DNA of 64,000 nt, taken from positions 62,041 through 126,040 of IMG/VR virus record IMGVR_UViG_3300032038_007781; one strand, given 5' to 3'. The translations under genes and the position numbers were made by a program. The stretch comes from a virus. Lineage: Duplodnaviria; Caudoviricetes. Under the pieces are notes generated by a model that saw nothing but the letters and a program-made list of their open reading frames with translations, ran no database searches and had not been told where the DNA came from. Shown here piece by piece: positions 29,630 through 38,502 of the stretch (its first letter is position 1; each line of letters starts with the position of its first letter).

Positions 29630-30517
29630 TTGATGATGAAAAAGACTGTTATTATATCTGAAAGTACATTTAACAATATATTTACCAATTTAGTTTTGGA
29701 AGATAAAACAATGGATGACGCAGTTAGACGATTAGCGCTCTACCAAAAATTAGGAAATGATTATTTTAAAAACCCGTCAATAAGTGATGAGACCATGACT
29801 AATGATAAAATTACTTATGACTTAGCTTTAAAAAATCAAATGAATGAAATTGTTGATGCTATATATGACACTTATGAAAAAATTTCACACAATATGCATG
29901 CATTCTATAATTCAGCAACAAATGAACCGCCTGCAACAAAAGAAAAAACTAACATAGGTAAATTTGGTATGCATCCTTCTACATTTTATTTGGAGCCAGA
30001 TTATGATAAGCAACATTTATCGCCATCAGATAGAAAAACATTTATGCAAAAATGTAGATGTTATTATATGCTTATTATGGAAATATATAATAGTGGTGTA
30101 CCAGTTTGGGCTAATTTGTTTTTTAACCCAAAATATGATGTGGCAAAGAAAACTTTCTTAAAATGTAATCAAATATCAAGTGGTACATTAGAACGAATAA
30201 GTGTTGGTGTGGCTGATAGTGATGGTAACTATCCAGAAGGTACTATAAATTGGATAAGGAAAAAACGCAGTGTTAACAATAGAACTGGTAATGAAACTAA
30301 ATATTTAACAAATGACTTTCAACCAGCTACGTTTGGACAAAAGGAACAATACCTAAAATTTGTACCAACAAAGGAAAAAAGTGCTATTATGCAATGGTAT
30401 ATTAAGGCAAAAAATGACCCGTCTATGTATGAAAAATATATAATGCAAAACAAACCTACAAATCCAGAAGCATCTAAGAGTGTTAGGGGTAAAAGAATAT
30501 TTGGTCTTAAAAGATAA
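29630..30517 (+). CDS. hypothetical late protein with MKKTVIISE leader and C-terminal KRIFGLKR
   Basis: 295-aa ORF; leader and tail motifs. Confidence 0.7.
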   Translation: MMMKKTVIISESTFNNIFTNLVLEDKTMDDAVRRLALYQKLGNDYFKNPSISDETMTNDKITYDLALKNQMNEIVDAIYDTYEKISHNMHAFYNSATNEPPATKEKTNIGKFGMHPSTFYLEPDYDKQHLSPSDRKTFMQKCRCYYMLIMEIYNSGVPVWANLFFNPKYDVAKKTFLKCNQISSGTLERISVGVADSDGNYPEGTINWIRKKRSVNNRTGNETKYLTNDFQPATFGQKEQYLKFVPTKEKSAIMQWYIKAKNDPSMYEKYIMQNKPTNPEASKSVRGKRIFGLKR

Positions 30518-30526
30518 GAAAAAAAT

Positions 30527-30557
30527 AAAAGCGAAGCCTTATTCAAGCTTCGCTTTT
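30527..30557. terminator. bidirectional intrinsic terminator
   Basis: AAAAGCGAAGC-N-GCTTCGCTTTT between convergent genes. Confidence 0.7.
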
Positions 30558-30560
30558 ATT

Positions 30561-31541
30561 TTACCCAACACTTAAAGGTGCTTTTATCGTACTATCACTT
30601 TTATAGTTTTCTATTATAAAATCTTCATATTTGAAGTCATCTATATCATCAATTTTTCTCCCAAATTTTAAAGTAGGTAATGTATCAAACCCTTTCCTTG
30701 TTAATTGTTCATCAACAGCTTTCATTTGGTTACAGTAAATATGAGTATCACCTAAATCAGCAATCAATTCATCTGGCACCATACCAACAACTTCTGCAAT
30801 CATATATGTTAGTGCTGCATAACTTGCTATATTAAACGGTAGTCCTAAAAAGCTATCTACGCTTCTTTGCGTCCATTTACAACTTAGCCCATATTTTCCA
30901 TCATTTAATTCACGAACATAGAATTGAAACATTACATGACAAGGAGGTAGTGCCATTTCATCTAAATCCGATGGGTTAAATGCAACGCAAAGTAGTCTTC
31001 TATCATTAGGATTTGTTTTTAACGTGTCTATTATCTTCTTTATTTGGTCAACACCACTATTACCAAATCTTCTCCATTGTTTACCATATACAGGACCTAA
31101 ATCACCATAAATATATCGCATTCTATACCCATCAGGACTATATAGTAAATCTTCAAATCCTTCTTCGGAAACTTTTTTAATAAATTCATCTTTATTTAGT
31201 GCGACTTTAACGTCATTATCTAACGCATTTGTAAGTGAATTGTGTTTTTTTATTAATGACTTATAATGTCTATAAGCATCATCATCCCATATATGTACGT
31301 TTTTATCTGTTAAAGCCTTTATGTTAGTAGAACCGCTTATAAACCATAATAATTCTTCTATAACACCTCTATAAAAGACTTTTTTGGTTGTTAGTAATGG
31401 AAACCCTTCTTTTAAATTAAATCGCATTGTACGTGAAAATACTGATAGTACATCACCACTTCTTGTTGATTTTAAAACCCCATTATTTTTAATGTCAGTA
31501 AGTAAATTTAAATATTGCTTATCTACGTTGTTCATATCCAT
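30561..31541 (-). CDS. thyA: thymidylate synthase
   Basis: FPLLTTKKV, EELLWFISG, LGPVYGKQWR, MALPPCH, QRSVDSFLGLPFNIASY, GDTHIY; start moved to MDMNNVDKQY. Confidence 0.95.
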   Translation of the reverse strand: MDMNNVDKQYLNLLTDIKNNGVLKSTRSGDVLSVFSRTMRFNLKEGFPLLTTKKVFYRGVIEELLWFISGSTNIKALTDKNVHIWDDDAYRHYKSLIKKHNSLTNALDNDVKVALNKDEFIKKVSEEGFEDLLYSPDGYRMRYIYGDLGPVYGKQWRRFGNSGVDQIKKIIDTLKTNPNDRRLLCVAFNPSDLDEMALPPCHVMFQFYVRELNDGKYGLSCKWTQRSVDSFLGLPFNIASYAALTYMIAEVVGMVPDELIADLGDTHIYCNQMKAVDEQLTRKGFDTLPTLKFGRKIDDIDDFKYEDFIIENYKSDSTIKAPLSVG

Positions 31542-32013
31542 TACTTTCTTTATTATCAATAACTTGCGACACAAACGCCATAATCATATGGTTATTTAAA
31601 ATAAATTCGCCTTTGTTTTTTAGACAATGCTTATGACAATGTTTACTTACTTCACTGTCTATTTCATCTATCCATTCTGACCAATTATTGTCTATTTTTT
31701 GAATTAACCCACTTGGGGAATGCCTGCTAACATAATTTTCTAAAAACTCATTTCTACGCTCTTTAGACGGATAAAATAAATCATAATCAATTCCTTCAAT
31801 TTCCAACGCATCACGTACTTCTTTGTGCGATGATACAAAAATTATATCATTATCTGCTATATTATCTTTTATATGCTTGATATAATTTGAAGGAAAATCA
31901 TCTTTATTAAATTTACTAGAATCACTATCTAATATTTTAATTTTGTCTTTTAAGGCATTAAAAGCATAACTTTTTCCCATACCAGGGAAAGCACTAATTA
32001 CAATTGCACTCAT
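31519..32013 (-). CDS. P-loop kinase-like protein
   Basis: VISAFPGMGKS; DSDSS. Confidence 0.7.
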   Translation of the reverse strand: MSAIVISAFPGMGKSYAFNALKDKIKILDSDSSKFNKDDFPSNYIKHIKDNIADNDIIFVSSHKEVRDALEIEGIDYDLFYPSKERRNEFLENYVSRHSPSGLIQKIDNNWSEWIDEIDSEVSKHCHKHCLKNKGEFILNNHMIMAFVSQVIDNKESNGYEQRR

Positions 32014-32023
32014 ATTTTTTTAT

Positions 32024-32182
32024 TTAAAAATCAATATAAAATAAATTACCTGTTGGTTTATTCATTTCTATAACATTAACGATTTCATTTTCAATCATCG
32101 TTGAATAGAATCTATGAAATAATCTATCAACAATAGTTTTACCAACATATAAATTGCTTATGTTAATATTTAACGATTTCAT
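32024..32182 (-). CDS. 52-aa mini-protein resembling the MCP Gol-peptide region (below the ORF-track cutoff)
   Basis: MKSLNINISNLYVGKTIVDRLFHRFYSTMIENEIVNVIEMNKPTGNLFYIDF; ATGA overlap with the upstream ORF. Confidence 0.7.
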   Translation of the reverse strand: MKSLNINISNLYVGKTIVDRLFHRFYSTMIENEIVNVIEMNKPTGNLFYIDF

Positions 32183-32445
32183 TTCTCATAGTCATAAGGT
32201 TTGTTATTAGCAATAGCATCAGACTTTTGCGTAATTTCCCAAGCATATTCATCATCAGATATGTTCCAACTATTATTAGACATTAAATATTGCGCTATTT
32301 CTTTGTCTATTTCTTCTTTAATTTGTGGCGTTAATAAATCACTAAGAATTTGCATTGCAACATCATTATAATTGTTATCTATCCATGATAAATCTGACTT
32401 ATATGTTTTTGAATTTTCTATTAAATAATTGCCATTTTTTTTCAT
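32179..32445 (-). CDS. 88-aa protein containing an MCP-like helix
   Basis: DVAMQILSDLLTPQIKEEIDKEI vs MCP DAEAELTAILSEQIAAEIDREI. Confidence 0.65.
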   Translation of the reverse strand: MKKNGNYLIENSKTYKSDLSWIDNNYNDVAMQILSDLLTPQIKEEIDKEIAQYLMSNNSWNISDDEYAWEITQKSDAIANNKPYDYEK

Positions 32446-32454
32446 AATTTTATA

Positions 32455-32919
32455 TTAAACTTTAATCTTAACATTGAACCCTACAGCACTAAGAATATCT
32501 TTAACTATATCTTCATATGAAGATTCATTTGCATTTTTTATACTATATAATTCATTATTCTTGTTGTCAAGGATTCTAAAACTGCTGCTATCAAATGATT
32601 CTATTTGAAGTCCATTACCTGTTCTAAATTCATACTCTTCGTTAATTAAATTTAAATCTGCATTGGGTAATTTTGTAAATTGATAACCTTTTGATTTAAT
32701 AAATTTGTTTAGTGCTTTACCCTGTGAATCATCTTCTCTAAACATTAAATAATCTCTAACGTCAACATCATCGTATTGATATTGTGTACCGTTAGAAAAT
32801 ACTACTTTTAATGTCTTAGGTTTATTATCGTTATCAATGCATTCTGAATATTTTATATTACTGCTTTGATACCATACTTTGTCAACATCATCTTCATAAT
32901 AATTAAATAATTTACTCAT
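32455..32919 (-). CDS. KTSC-domain protein
   Basis: SSNIKY...TLKVVFSNGTQYQYDDV...SQGKALNKFIK. Confidence 0.75.
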   Translation of the reverse strand: MSKLFNYYEDDVDKVWYQSSNIKYSECIDNDNKPKTLKVVFSNGTQYQYDDVDVRDYLMFREDDSQGKALNKFIKSKGYQFTKLPNADLNLINEEYEFRTGNGLQIESFDSSSFRILDNKNNELYSIKNANESSYEDIVKDILSAVGFNVKIKV

Positions 32920-32971
32920 AAACTTCTTTTTTTTTATTTTAAGTTAAACAACGCTTTCAGCGTATATATTA

Positions 32972-33002
32972 CAAATATATTAAAAATATATAATAAAACA
33001 AA
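32972..33002 (-). promoter_or_regulatory. Bacteroidetes-type promoter for the KTSC-to-thyA operon
   Basis: TTTG-N19-TATATTTG on the minus strand. Confidence 0.7.
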
Positions 33003-33095
33003 AAATAGTATATATTTTATTTTTAATAATATATAATAATATTTTATTTGACTATTAAAAATATTATTTTATATTTTATATAAAAATAGAGAAAT

Positions 33096-35615
33096 ATGAG
33101 TGAAAACAAAAACGATATTTATTCTTATGAACTACAGGGTGTATTGACATATATGGTTGATATCCTTGTAAATGAATTTCCAACTGAGATTTTTACACCT
33201 GAATACTTAATGGTTTCAATTCTTGATACAAAGAATTGTCACGCAAATATGATACTTGACAATTGTTTAATGTCCAATAATATGTATGAACTAAAAGAAA
33301 TTTATATAAACGTATTAAAGGAGCATTCTAAACCAATTGTAAAAAATAAAGATAATGGTAAAGTAAACTTTGATTTTGAGCTAAATAAAATTTTAGAAAA
33401 TGCTGAAAAAGAAATGACAGCAACAGGTTCTAAAAAAGTTGGTACTGAACACGTATTACTTTCCATTTTAAACCCATCTAACGAAATTAAAATTAAGGAT
33501 GTATTCAAAACGGTAGGGATTGAATATAGCTTTATTTTAGATAAATGCAGTGAAGACAAAGTTAAACCAAAACATACACCAAAAGCAATAAGGCCTAAAG
33601 GCTTTATCAGTAATAAAATTGGTAATTCGCTTAAACCAGCTATTTTCCCTCTAAAAAGTGAAGTAAATACTTCAAGCGTTGTAACAAAAGACGAATATGT
33701 GTCAAAGTTTACAACTAATTTGAATGAATTGGCTAAGAACGGTAAAATTGATGAACTTGTAGGAAGGGAAGACGAAATTAATGAAATTATCAAGGTGCTT
33801 GCGAGAAGAAAGAAAAACAACGTAATTCTTGTAGGTAATGGCGGTGTAGGTAAAACTGAAATTGTGTATGGGTTGGCATCTATGATTTCAAAAGGTAATG
33901 TACCATCAATACTTGAAGGTAAAGAAATTGTTATGATTGATATTATGGCAATTGTTTCTGGAACGCATTTTAGAGGAATGTTTGAAGAACGCATTAAAGG
34001 ATTATTTGATGAATTAAAATCATCATCAAAGTACATTCTTTTCATTGATGATATGCAGAATGTTTTGAAAAGTGGAACTAAAGATAAAGACACTGATATT
34101 TCAGGAATGATTGGAGATATTTTATCTGGTGGCGATGTTAGAGTTATTGGCACAACAACATTTAAAGATTATAGAAATACAATTGAGTCTAATACATCTA
34201 TTTCAAGAAAAATGCAACGTATCATTATTGAAGCACCTAGTACTAAACAAGCCATTGAAACATTGAAACAGTCTAAAGGATATTATGAAGAATTTCATAA
34301 TGTTAAATATACTGATGAAGCAATAGAAAAAGCAGTTGAACTTGCTGAAAGATATATAACTGATAGGAGTTTACCAGACTCTGCCTTTGATGTTATTGAT
34401 TTAGCAGGTGCATCAACATCAATCGGTGAAAAAGAGCCAAAAGAAATTATTGCAATGAAAAAAAGATTGGGTGGAATTGAAGAAGAAAAATCAAAGTACC
34501 TTAATGCTGGAGAGTTTGAAAAAATTGATGCTATTACGTTAGAAGAAAATGTAATCAAAAAAGAATTAAGCGATTATAAACGTGAGCAGTCATCTAAAAA
34601 ATCAAAAGAAGTAATTATTGATGCAGATGATATTAATGAAACAATTTCAGAAATTGTAAAAGTACCTGTTTCAAAGCTTAGTTCAAACGAAAAAAAGAAG
34701 ATTGCGCATATTGATGAAATTTTAAAAAATAGTGTTATAGGACAAGATGAAGCTGTTGATGCTATTTGCAAGGTCATTAAAAGAAACAAGGTAGGACTTG
34801 GGGATAAAACAAAAACTATGGCTAACATCCTAATGGGAGGTCCTACGGGTTGTGGAAAAACCCTAATTGCTAAAAAACTTGCTGAAGAAATTTTTGGTGA
34901 TGAAAAGGCTTTAGTTAGGATTGATATGTCAGAATATTCTGAAAAGAATTCAGTTGCTAAATTAACTGGTGCTGCACCTGGATATATAGGATATGAAAAT
35001 GGTGGTCAATTAACAGAAGCAATTAAAAATAAGCAACATTGTGTTTTGCTTCTTGATGAAATAGAAAAAGCTGACCAAGAAGTTTATAATTTATTCTTGC
35101 AATTATTTGATGAAGGAAGGCTAACTGATTCAGCAGGACAAATTGTTAATTTTAAAAACGTAATCGTTCTAATGACATCTAATATTGGCGCTAAAGAATC
35201 TGCTGAACTTGGTGGTGGCGTTGGTTTTAACACTAATGAGACAGCAAATAAGAAAACTATCATAGAAAAGTCATTAAAAAAGAAGTTTACGCCTGAATTC
35301 TTAAATAGAATTGATAAAATAGTTTATTTCAACAATTTGACTGATGAAAATCTTAATACTATTGTTAAGTTAGAAATTAATAAATTAGCCAATAGATTAA
35401 ATGAATTACATTATGATTTAAAATATGATGACAAAGTAGTAGATTACTTACACGTTAAAGCAGTTAGTCAAAAGGAATTTGGTGCTCGTCCTATTATTAG
35501 GCTTGTTCAAGATAATATTGAAGATAAAATTACTGATTTAATGCTGGAGAATGATTATAAACAAAATTATGTTTTTAGTGCAACTTGCATTGATGACGAA
35601 GTAGTAATTAAATAA
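33096..35615 (+). CDS. clpC: ClpC/ClpA-type AAA+ chaperone
   Basis: Clp N-domain (TPEYL, GTEHVLL); GNGGVGKT; GPTGCGKT; RIDMSEY; LLDEIEKA; VGF ClpP-binding loop; GARP. Confidence 0.85.
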   Translation: MSENKNDIYSYELQGVLTYMVDILVNEFPTEIFTPEYLMVSILDTKNCHANMILDNCLMSNNMYELKEIYINVLKEHSKPIVKNKDNGKVNFDFELNKILENAEKEMTATGSKKVGTEHVLLSILNPSNEIKIKDVFKTVGIEYSFILDKCSEDKVKPKHTPKAIRPKGFISNKIGNSLKPAIFPLKSEVNTSSVVTKDEYVSKFTTNLNELAKNGKIDELVGREDEINEIIKVLARRKKNNVILVGNGGVGKTEIVYGLASMISKGNVPSILEGKEIVMIDIMAIVSGTHFRGMFEERIKGLFDELKSSSKYILFIDDMQNVLKSGTKDKDTDISGMIGDILSGGDVRVIGTTTFKDYRNTIESNTSISRKMQRIIIEAPSTKQAIETLKQSKGYYEEFHNVKYTDEAIEKAVELAERYITDRSLPDSAFDVIDLAGASTSIGEKEPKEIIAMKKRLGGIEEEKSKYLNAGEFEKIDAITLEENVIKKELSDYKREQSSKKSKEVIIDADDINETISEIVKVPVSKLSSNEKKKIAHIDEILKNSVIGQDEAVDAICKVIKRNKVGLGDKTKTMANILMGGPTGCGKTLIAKKLAEEIFGDEKALVRIDMSEYSEKNSVAKLTGAAPGYIGYENGGQLTEAIKNKQHCVLLLDEIEKADQEVYNLFLQLFDEGRLTDSAGQIVNFKNVIVLMTSNIGAKESAELGGGVGFNTNETANKKTIIEKSLKKKFTPEFLNRIDKIVYFNNLTDENLNTIVKLEINKLANRLNELHYDLKYDDKVVDYLHVKAVSQKEFGARPIIRLVQDNIEDKITDLMLENDYKQNYVFSATCIDDEVVIK

Positions 35616-35761
35616 GATTCTCATATTTTCTCAAATATTTTTACAACCTTTAATGGGAAGGCATTACTTCGAATAATGGCTTCCCATTTTTTCTTTAAAA
35701 TAAGCAAATTTGAAAATTAAAAATATTTTTTATATATTTGCAAATGTAAATCTTTAAAAGT

Positions 35762-36361
35762 ATGATGTCTTTAGATTTATGCAATAGATTCGGCAACTTA
35801 GAATTAAGTGATGAAGAACTATTGGAAAACATTGAGATTACGTCAACTGTACCTAACGATGTGCCACAAATAATAGAATTTATAACTAAAAGTTGGGGTT
35901 TAGGTGACAATATGATGGCATTTGAACAGATAGTTCATAGCAATATTGATTTAAATAAATCAGTTAAGCTTATAGATTCACGTGATGGCGAACTATATGG
36001 CTTGCTTTTAATAGCATATTATCCCATATGCGAAGGTTCTCCAATTAATTTGGTAAATCCTAACCTATCCAAATATTTAAGCCAATACACGCAAATAAAT
36101 GGTCATTCATTCATAATAGATGAACGTTTAAGGGGTAAAAAAATAGATGTTAAAATGTTAAAGTATATTAAAAAATACGCTGAATCATTTGACTTTATTT
36201 GGTGCGCAGTAGAAAAAGACCTTAAATCACATGATTATTGGAAACGATTAGGCTTTAAAAAAATATTTACAATACCTCAAGCTTCATTTTACATTTTAAG
36301 TAAAAATGATAGTATAAATTGGGATTTATCACATTATTATGGATTAAAAGATTTTTCTTAA
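35762..36361 (+). CDS. GNAT-like acetyltransferase
   Basis: IDERLRGKKI; YWKRLGF; upstream TTTG-N20-TATATTTG at 35709-35740. Confidence 0.55.
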   Translation: MMSLDLCNRFGNLELSDEELLENIEITSTVPNDVPQIIEFITKSWGLGDNMMAFEQIVHSNIDLNKSVKLIDSRDGELYGLLLIAYYPICEGSPINLVNPNLSKYLSQYTQINGHSFIIDERLRGKKIDVKMLKYIKKYAESFDFIWCAVEKDLKSHDYWKRLGFKKIFTIPQASFYILSKNDSINWDLSHYYGLKDFS

Positions 36362-36390
36362 TATTTATTTAAATAGGACGTTATAATAGT

Positions 36391-36765
36391 ATGAAGAAAA
36401 TCATAATAAGTGAAAATAAACGTGGTGTCCTTTTTTCAGCAATTTTGAATGAATCATTAACTAATGGTGATGAATCAGATAAGGTTTTATCAGTAGTTAA
36501 GTTTCTTGATGGAAGTTTTTCAAGGGCAGATGAAAATTCTTATGATGATAATGGGCATCCAACAAACAAAGAATTAGTAGCTTGGCTAACCCCTAAAAAA
36601 GAGGTTGCTAAGTTACTGACTGCAACGCAATTATTTTATGTTGTACAGGAAGAATTTAAAAATTTAATTTCAGATAAAAAAGAACGTGATGATTTCTTAA
36701 AAAAAGTAATCAAGGCTTGGTATTATCATAATATTACTAAGGAAGGTTCTATTGTAGAAAAGTAG
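36391..36765 (+). CDS. hypothetical late protein with MKKIIISE leader
   Basis: ATATTTAT at 36361-36368. Confidence 0.7.
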   Translation: MKKIIISENKRGVLFSAILNESLTNGDESDKVLSVVKFLDGSFSRADENSYDDNGHPTNKELVAWLTPKKEVAKLLTATQLFYVVQEEFKNLISDKKERDDFLKKVIKAWYYHNITKEGSIVEK

Positions 36766-36775
36766 TTAATAATAA

Positions 36776-36848
36776 GAGGTCAGCCTTCTGCGGAGAACTC
36801 GCTCTCACATGTGCCGCAGACAACGTACATCAGATTTGTGCGAACCTC
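36776..36848 (+). ncRNA. candidate structured cis-regulatory RNA (multi-stem junction)
   Basis: GC-rich island with GAGGT/ACCTC, TCTGCGG/CCGCAGA and CGTACA/TGTGCG pairings. Confidence 0.4.
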
Positions 36849-36861
36849 AATAAAATTTTAT

Positions 36862-37329
36862 ATGATGAGACAATTTAAAAAGGTATTTTTGTTTTTAAGT
36901 ATGTTATTAGCTGTCACAGTAAATACATACGCAGGTGAAAATCAAACGAAGGAGGATGTTTCAACGGAAGTTGAATATGTTGAAGATGAATCATCCAAAT
37001 GGGATTCCATTATGGATGCTATAATTCAAGTTGAAAGTAGAGGTGATAGTAAAGCTTCTCACGGGAATTCACTTGGTATTTTACAAATCACGCCTATTCT
37101 TGTAACTGAATGTAATAACATTCTTAAAAGAAAGGGTAGTAAGAAAAAATATACATTAGCTGATAGATTAAATATTAAAAAATCTAAAGAAATGTTTATT
37201 TTAATAATGAACCAATATAATAAAGCAAAATCTGCAATGAATGCATGCAGAATTTGGAATGGTGGCGTTAACAGTAAAAAAGTTAGACCTGGATATTGGA
37301 AAAAGTTTTTAGAATATTATAAAAAATGA
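36862..37329 (+). CDS. secreted lytic transglycosylase/lysozyme-like protein
   Basis: Signal peptide (FLFLSMLLAVTVNTYA); AIIQVESRG; GILQITP; WNGG. Confidence 0.75.
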   Translation: MMRQFKKVFLFLSMLLAVTVNTYAGENQTKEDVSTEVEYVEDESSKWDSIMDAIIQVESRGDSKASHGNSLGILQITPILVTECNNILKRKGSKKKYTLADRLNIKKSKEMFILIMNQYNKAKSAMNACRIWNGGVNSKKVRPGYWKKFLEYYKK

Positions 37330-37336
37330 TAATATA

Positions 37337-37365
37337 AAAGGCTGAGAAATAATCTCAGCCTTTTT
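37337..37365. terminator. bidirectional intrinsic terminator
   Basis: AAAAGGCTGAGA-AATAA-TCTCAGCCTTTT. Confidence 0.75.
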
Positions 37366-37367
37366 TG

Positions 37368-38189
37368 TTATATTAAAGTTTCAATTAGTTTATAAAGTTT
37401 TTCTTGAAAATATATTAATCTTTTAGTAAGTTCTTTTTTAATCAACTTAATTACTATAGTATGACTAATGTTATTAAAATTAATATTAAGCATTTTAGAC
37501 GCATTAGAAATATCTTTTTCACTAATTTTTTGATTTGATAGTTCTGATAATGCAAATTTAATATCATCTAATCTACTTGCATCATTAGTCATTTCAATTA
37601 GTTCGTTAATATTAGGTATATAATCAATGTTTCTTAGCAAATTAGCTGCTACAACGTATGTTTCTTGAAGCCTTGATTGTATTTCAGTTTTACTTAACCA
37701 ATATAGCAAATCGCTAATTATATTATTATTATTTTCTGGATAATTTTCATTTTGTGCATCACACCAATCTAATAAATGCGTTAATTCATGAATTAAATTT
37801 CTATATATAGTAATAGAAGGGTTTACTGACCTTAACATCCTTGTTGGACTTAATTCAATTATTGCAACATTGCTTTCTCTTGACTCACCAAAAGCAGCTT
37901 TTTTCCCTCTATCATCATAATCTATGAACTGGATAAGAAGTGTATCGAATTGCAAACCAAACCATCCTAGTCTTTTATCAAGGTTATCATACACTAAATC
38001 ATAATCTTGATATTCATCACCAACGCATCCTAGCCCTATTGTGTCTTTAATACTAACGCAAGCTTCTAAGATTTCAGGCGTTATGCTTCTAGCAAATTTA
38101 TACACTTCAGAATTTAATTTCCGCTGTATATTGTTTTTATCCCTTATAGTTTCATTTATTACTTCATTAATAATTTTTTTAATGAGCAT
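37368..38189 (-). CDS. HExxH zincin-like metallopeptidase-domain protein with leader motif
   Basis: LIHELTHLLD...TEIQSRLQE; IKKIINEVINE. Confidence 0.6.
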   Translation of the reverse strand: MLIKKIINEVINETIRDKNNIQRKLNSEVYKFARSITPEILEACVSIKDTIGLGCVGDEYQDYDLVYDNLDKRLGWFGLQFDTLLIQFIDYDDRGKKAAFGESRESNVAIIELSPTRMLRSVNPSITIYRNLIHELTHLLDWCDAQNENYPENNNNIISDLLYWLSKTEIQSRLQETYVVAANLLRNIDYIPNINELIEMTNDASRLDDIKFALSELSNQKISEKDISNASKMLNINFNNISHTIVIKLIKKELTKRLIYFQEKLYKLIETLI

Positions 38190-38228
38190 TTTTTTACGTA
38201 TTTTTATTTCTCATATTACTTTTAGTGC

Positions 38229-38444
38229 TTATCTGTTAATAATTCTTTTGGTAATCCCACTATTCATATGTTTATCAGTGATAACATTTTTAACAGCTTC
38301 ACTAACAAGGTTTCTTAATTCACTTTCATTTAAAGAATAATAAACTTTACCATCACTAATGATGATATTATCGTTTTTATTTTCATTTATTTTTTTACGT
38401 AAACGATTTGCAAGCTTACGTTTTTCTATTTCACTTTTTTTCAT
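38229..38444 (-). CDS. small protein with an internal leader motif
   Basis: LNESELRNLVSEAV. Confidence 0.55.
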   Translation of the reverse strand: MKKSEIEKRKLANRLRKKINENKNDNIIISDGKVYYSLNESELRNLVSEAVKNVITDKHMNSGITKRIINR

Positions 38445-38452
38445 TTAAACGG

Positions 38453-38472
38453 ATATTTATAATTATAAATAT
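38453..38472. promoter_or_regulatory. palindromic back-to-back putative late promoter
   Basis: ATATTTATAATTATAAATAT, perfect 20-bp palindrome between divergent genes. Confidence 0.55.
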
Positions 38473-38502
38473 AAATTCCTAAGAAAAAATACATAATCAA
38501 AT

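Noticed and set aside
33302-34828. Long antisense ORFs inside clpC, and similar ORF-track entries inside MCP, portal, helicase and others
   Set aside because: Shadow frames of strongly coding genes, with no motifs or promoters
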